Part shown: piece after piece, positions 59,171-64,000 of the stretch
Numbering within the stretch: position 1 is the stretch's first letter
How the letters are laid out: each line of letters starts with the position of its first letter
Assembly (NCBI RefSeq): GCF_009914755.1
Contig: NC_060929.1
DNA: 64,000 nucleotides
Direction: 5' to 3' (one strand)
From: the human T2T-CHM13v2.0 reference genome, Homo sapiens
Notes under the pieces: generated by a model
Seen by the model: only the letters and a program-made list of their open reading frames with translations
Databases searched by the model: none
Told to the model about the DNA's origin: nothing
Program-made: the position numbers and the translations under genes

Positions 59171-61966
59171 GAAGAAAAAACACTGCTACTATTATTTATG
59201 GATATATAGAGATATTGTAAAAGTATGAAAACATTCATGAAAATGATAGATGAGAAACCGGGTAGTTATTATCTCTGGGGAAGGAAAATGTTAGGGTTCA
59301 CAGTCATGGAGAGCTTTGGTCATGTCTGTAGTGTTTTATTTCTTAAGTTGGATGGTGGGTTATAGGTGTATGTTATTAGTTATGTTTATTTTTAACACAT
59401 GAAATACTTTATTTTAAAAGAATATACCGAAACCTTATAATTACATATTTTAAAAGAACATATTGGGTCCCTGATAGAAAAACAAGTTACTCAGGATAAA
59501 CTGAAAAATGGGATACTTGAAATTTGAAAATACCAAAAGCACTTGAGGAATTGTCACAGTAATGTGCATACAGAACGAATCAGTATAGTTTAGTTCTTGA
59601 AAGTCCTTTTAAAAGCCTTAAGGCTTATATATTTGCATTACTAATTCAAATACTTATCATCAGGCATCTGGTATATGCTCAAGAGCTAACAATTTCTTTG
59701 CATGTAGACTTCTTTTGTACATACCAACCTGCCCTGGACACTACACTAGACATAACAGTTAATATATGTCTATAATTTAGATTCTGTTTTTAGTATTTTT
59801 TTTCTATATGAAAATTGCTCTGATACTTTACATTTTCAGGGAAAATACATTCATATATTGTTTTCAGAAATTTGATCTTATTGCAAATTTACACAGAAGC
59901 ATGTTTTCAACAATAAAGTTATTCTGGGATTTCTGGCTTCCAAAGCTGGAAAGGATATATCCTGAGCTTGGTCAACATCCCATTTTTTTATTTACCTACT
60001 AGCATTTCTACCTCCCCAAAGGAAAAGATGTGGTTGAATGGGTTAACCACCATCCACAATGGAAGGTCCCTGTTGGGCAGTTTTATGCCAGTCATTTGAC
60101 CTACCTCAGGCCTAACCATTTGTTCCTGCCTTTGATCAGGCAAAGAGGTAGGGTTGTCTGCACTCAGAGGTGCCTGAGGCTCTGCAATGCACATCTGCAA
60201 GTGTAACTGTTGAGCACTTTTGGGACTCTCTGGCTTAGCCAATACTATGATCTTACTTGATTTATTTTCCTTTATTTTATTAAAAATTTAATATAACAGT
60301 ACATTTAAAAATTTTTTTAAATAGAAGTAATAGATTACCTGAAATCCTATGTCTGGCTGCTACCTGAAATCCTATGTCTGGCTGCACAACTCTTAATTTT
60401 AGCAAGTTAATTTGCCTATGCATACATTGGTACATAATTGTAATTTTTGAAAACTTACTCTTTTGTATTCTGCTGTTTTTACTTAACTACCGTAATAAAT
60501 AAAGAAAAACAAGCACTTGAAACATAGTAACAAAACACATGGAGACCGCTTTTCTCTATGTACCTTCTTTGATAATGACCTCTACCTCTGTGAAAACTAA
60601 GAGAATATAAAATTTATCATACTTCTTTAGATAAATGTGGTAGGCAGTGATCATGAATCATTTGAATGTTTTGAGCTCCTCAGAATCTGTACTCTTACCT
60701 GGTAAGCTATTCTGCCTCTCAAACTGTAGATGTTTATTTATTAATTGTACAAGAAATGTTTATGCTAGTTTGTGTTATAAATCTTTTTGGTTTTGAAAAC
60801 ATTTATTTTAGGCAGGTCTTCCTAAGAAGTAGTATCTCCAGTTTCAAGGATCCCACCTTTCTCAGTCTAAAAGGACGGTTTCTTACATACTTCTATACAA
60901 AGCTGAGGTCTGAGTTTAAGCTTATTCTTAGCATAATTTTCCCTCTATTTTGACCTTTATCTGACTTTTAAGGGGCAAAATATAAAAGGTTTTTAAAATA
61001 AGTTGAATATAAATAAGGTGCTATTATGAATTATTTTTAGATATACTCCTGCTCACGTTCTTTTAAGAGTCATCAAAACTTACTAGGTGCATATTAAAAG
61101 TATACAGAATTAGTTCTGAAGAGTTAACCTTCTGAGTCATATCATTAGTCACTAAGACAAGTCTCATTTAAGTTTTAAAACTGGGTTTAGATCCAGAGTG
61201 AAAAGGGGTTAAAGGAGTTAAAATGAGGTTAGGTGTTTTTTGGTTTATTTTTTTTATCCATACATTTTTTCTCAGTTGTCTCACCAAAACAATTTATGTT
61301 TTTCCTCTTATTCTCTCCATGCTGAAGAAGTAATGATTTTCTCAATCTAAATTTTAAATAAATTACTTGCTGATCACTTTTATCAGATAAATTTGACATT
61401 TTTTTAATGGGCGGAATAATGGTGTTTAAGAGAATTGTATTGATCACATTGGTGATAACCCCTATAGGATACTAAGCAACAGTTGATTGCCTCTGATCTT
61501 ATATCTTTAGGCATGCCTGATTTTATTCTCAAATATTTATCATGATGGTGATAAAATACTATGCCCATATGTTAGTCCTATAGTCATAAAGAATTAGGCA
61601 TTTTATATATTTTTCTTATATACACATGTTCATTATATTTCATGTGTTCAAATGTACTCAATTTCCTTCTCAAATTTATATTCTGGTGTCATCATGATAC
61701 ATTTATTTACCAGTATTCTAAAACATCAGTAAATAGATGTATCTAGAGCAGAGTTTTTGAATCTGTGTAATACATTTGGGGCTGGGAAATCAAATTGATG
61801 GGTTACAGCTTGTTTTTCTTTTTAATGAGCTAGAAAAACATGGAATAGAAAGTATCAGTGTACAAAGGCTTACTGGGAGTACTTATTGCTTTCTGAAACT
61901 CTTGTTGTAGATACACTTGCACATATGTTTTGTTTGTGAAGTTGTGGTGTCAAATGTATTTCTTAC

Positions 61967-62683
<717 letters not shown>

Positions 62684-63164
62684 CTCACTAAAGGTCATAC
62701 TCTTAAAAAGTTTGAAAACTTACTAATCTTGAGAGTCATTTTTTAATCTAATGAACTGGTATATAAAGTGTTTAGCCAGTGCATAACAAAATATGATAGG
62801 TGCTGTTATTTTACTATCATTTGTACCTGTTATTTAAAGTCAACAAGAATCCTGATTTGATGTGAATTTATACAGAAATAATTCTGAACTCTACACTCAT
62901 TTAACTATCTTTTGAAAAAGATTAATTTGTGTTTATGAATACTTCTGTGGTATTTTGAAGGTTTGCTTTGCAGAAATTATTGTGAAATTTTCTTCTATGT
63001 TTTTGTCTCCCCATTTGTATGGCCTAAGAGCCACCTCTGTTTTCTCATCATAATATTCAGGACAATTTAATATATTTGATTTTTTTAAACTACTTTCTTC
63101 TGTAGTCCAAGATGATTGTAAATTCTCAATTTCAGTGGAAAAAGAGACAAGCATATAAAAGTCC

Positions 63165-63600
63165 TGTGGCAGACACCTCTTGTGCCCTACCTCACATCCT
63201 TTTGTATTTTTACTCCAGCCTTGCTGCAGCAACCAGCTGCTAACAGGTGTAACCTCATTACAGCTCTACAGAATATATTTTGCTTTCTTCTCTGACACTG
63301 TGGCATGGGATGTCTGTGGGGAATCAACTTGGAAGTGTGAGAGGGTTAACATACCAGATAAACCTTGATACCTGGTATCAAGGGGATAGAAGCTAATGGA
63401 TAAAAGTTCCTTTCCTGTCCATTGAGCACATAGTCCAGGTATATTCAACATGACTTCTCAGAAGTTCTCAGCAGGGATTGGGTCCCAGCACCCAGAGCAG
63501 TGACCAACTCCAGAACACACCTTTTATTTTGGCTTTCCCTCCTTCCCTGTTTCATATTCTCCAGTATCTTGCTCCCCTTCCCTGGATTACTTGTTCAACA
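63165..63600 (+). mobile_element. LTR16-like ERVL LTR
   Basis: tgtggcagacacctc..gtgccc...caggtgtaacct...cagtgaccaactc...ttggctttccctccttccctgt. Confidence 0.65.
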
Positions 63601-63669
63601 TAAGCCATAAAAAATTCAGAACTGTTGTCTCTAACAGATATGAACTCAAAATGTAAATAGTACCAAGTA

Positions 63670-63967
63670 CAGTCATGTGTCACTTGATGACAGGTAGGTC
63701 ATTTCGTCGTCGTGCAAATATCAGAGTGTACTTAGGGAAAACTAGATAGTATAGCCTACTACACACCCTGTCTATATAGTATAGCCCATTACTCCTAGGC
63801 TATAAACCTGTACAGCATGCTATTGTACTGAACTGTATGTAGGCAACTGTAACACAATGGTAAATATTTGTGTTTCTAAGTATATCTAAACAGAAAAGGC
63901 ACAGTGGGACCACCGTCTTATATGCTATTCATTGTTAACTGAAATGTCATTGCATAGCACGTAACTG
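63670..63967 (+). mobile_element. Tigger3a/MER7-like MITE
   Basis: TA|cagtcatgtg...gtaactg|TA termini; cctaggctataaacctgtacagcatg core. Confidence 0.85.
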
Positions 63968-64000
63968 TAATTAAATCCAACTTACTTTGTAACCGTAGTG

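Overview
Human (primate) genomic DNA, AT-rich and mostly interspersed repeats. It is the interior of NDUFAF2 (mitochondrial complex I assembly factor, NDUFA12/B17.2-like, 'mimitin') on the + strand: the end of intron 1, coding exon 2 (13533-13622, 90 nt), the ~25.8 kb intron 2, coding exon 3 (39399-39439, 41 nt) and the start of intron 3. Neither exon is in the supplied ORF track, and nearly all listed ORFs are L1/Alu/LTR remnants or chance frames. The introns hold three large old L1s (two keep both ends and target-site duplications, TSDs), two young 5'-truncated L1PA copies, about 15 Alus (two Alu-in-Alu nests), MaLR/ERVL solo LTRs and Tigger/hAT DNA-transposon fossils. I found no evidence of a new multi-gene system. 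Most notable: a ~123-bp direct repeat (~93% identical, not a TE I recognise) bracketing the in-frame exon 2; inverted TE pairs around both exons; an L1PA2-like copy with a 35-nt twin-priming inversion; a probable 15-nt L1 3' transduction; an MLT2A LTR with a DUX4-type motif; and several templated or fold-back repair scars. Repeat subfamily names come from my recall of consensus sequences, and edges of old repeats are approximate.
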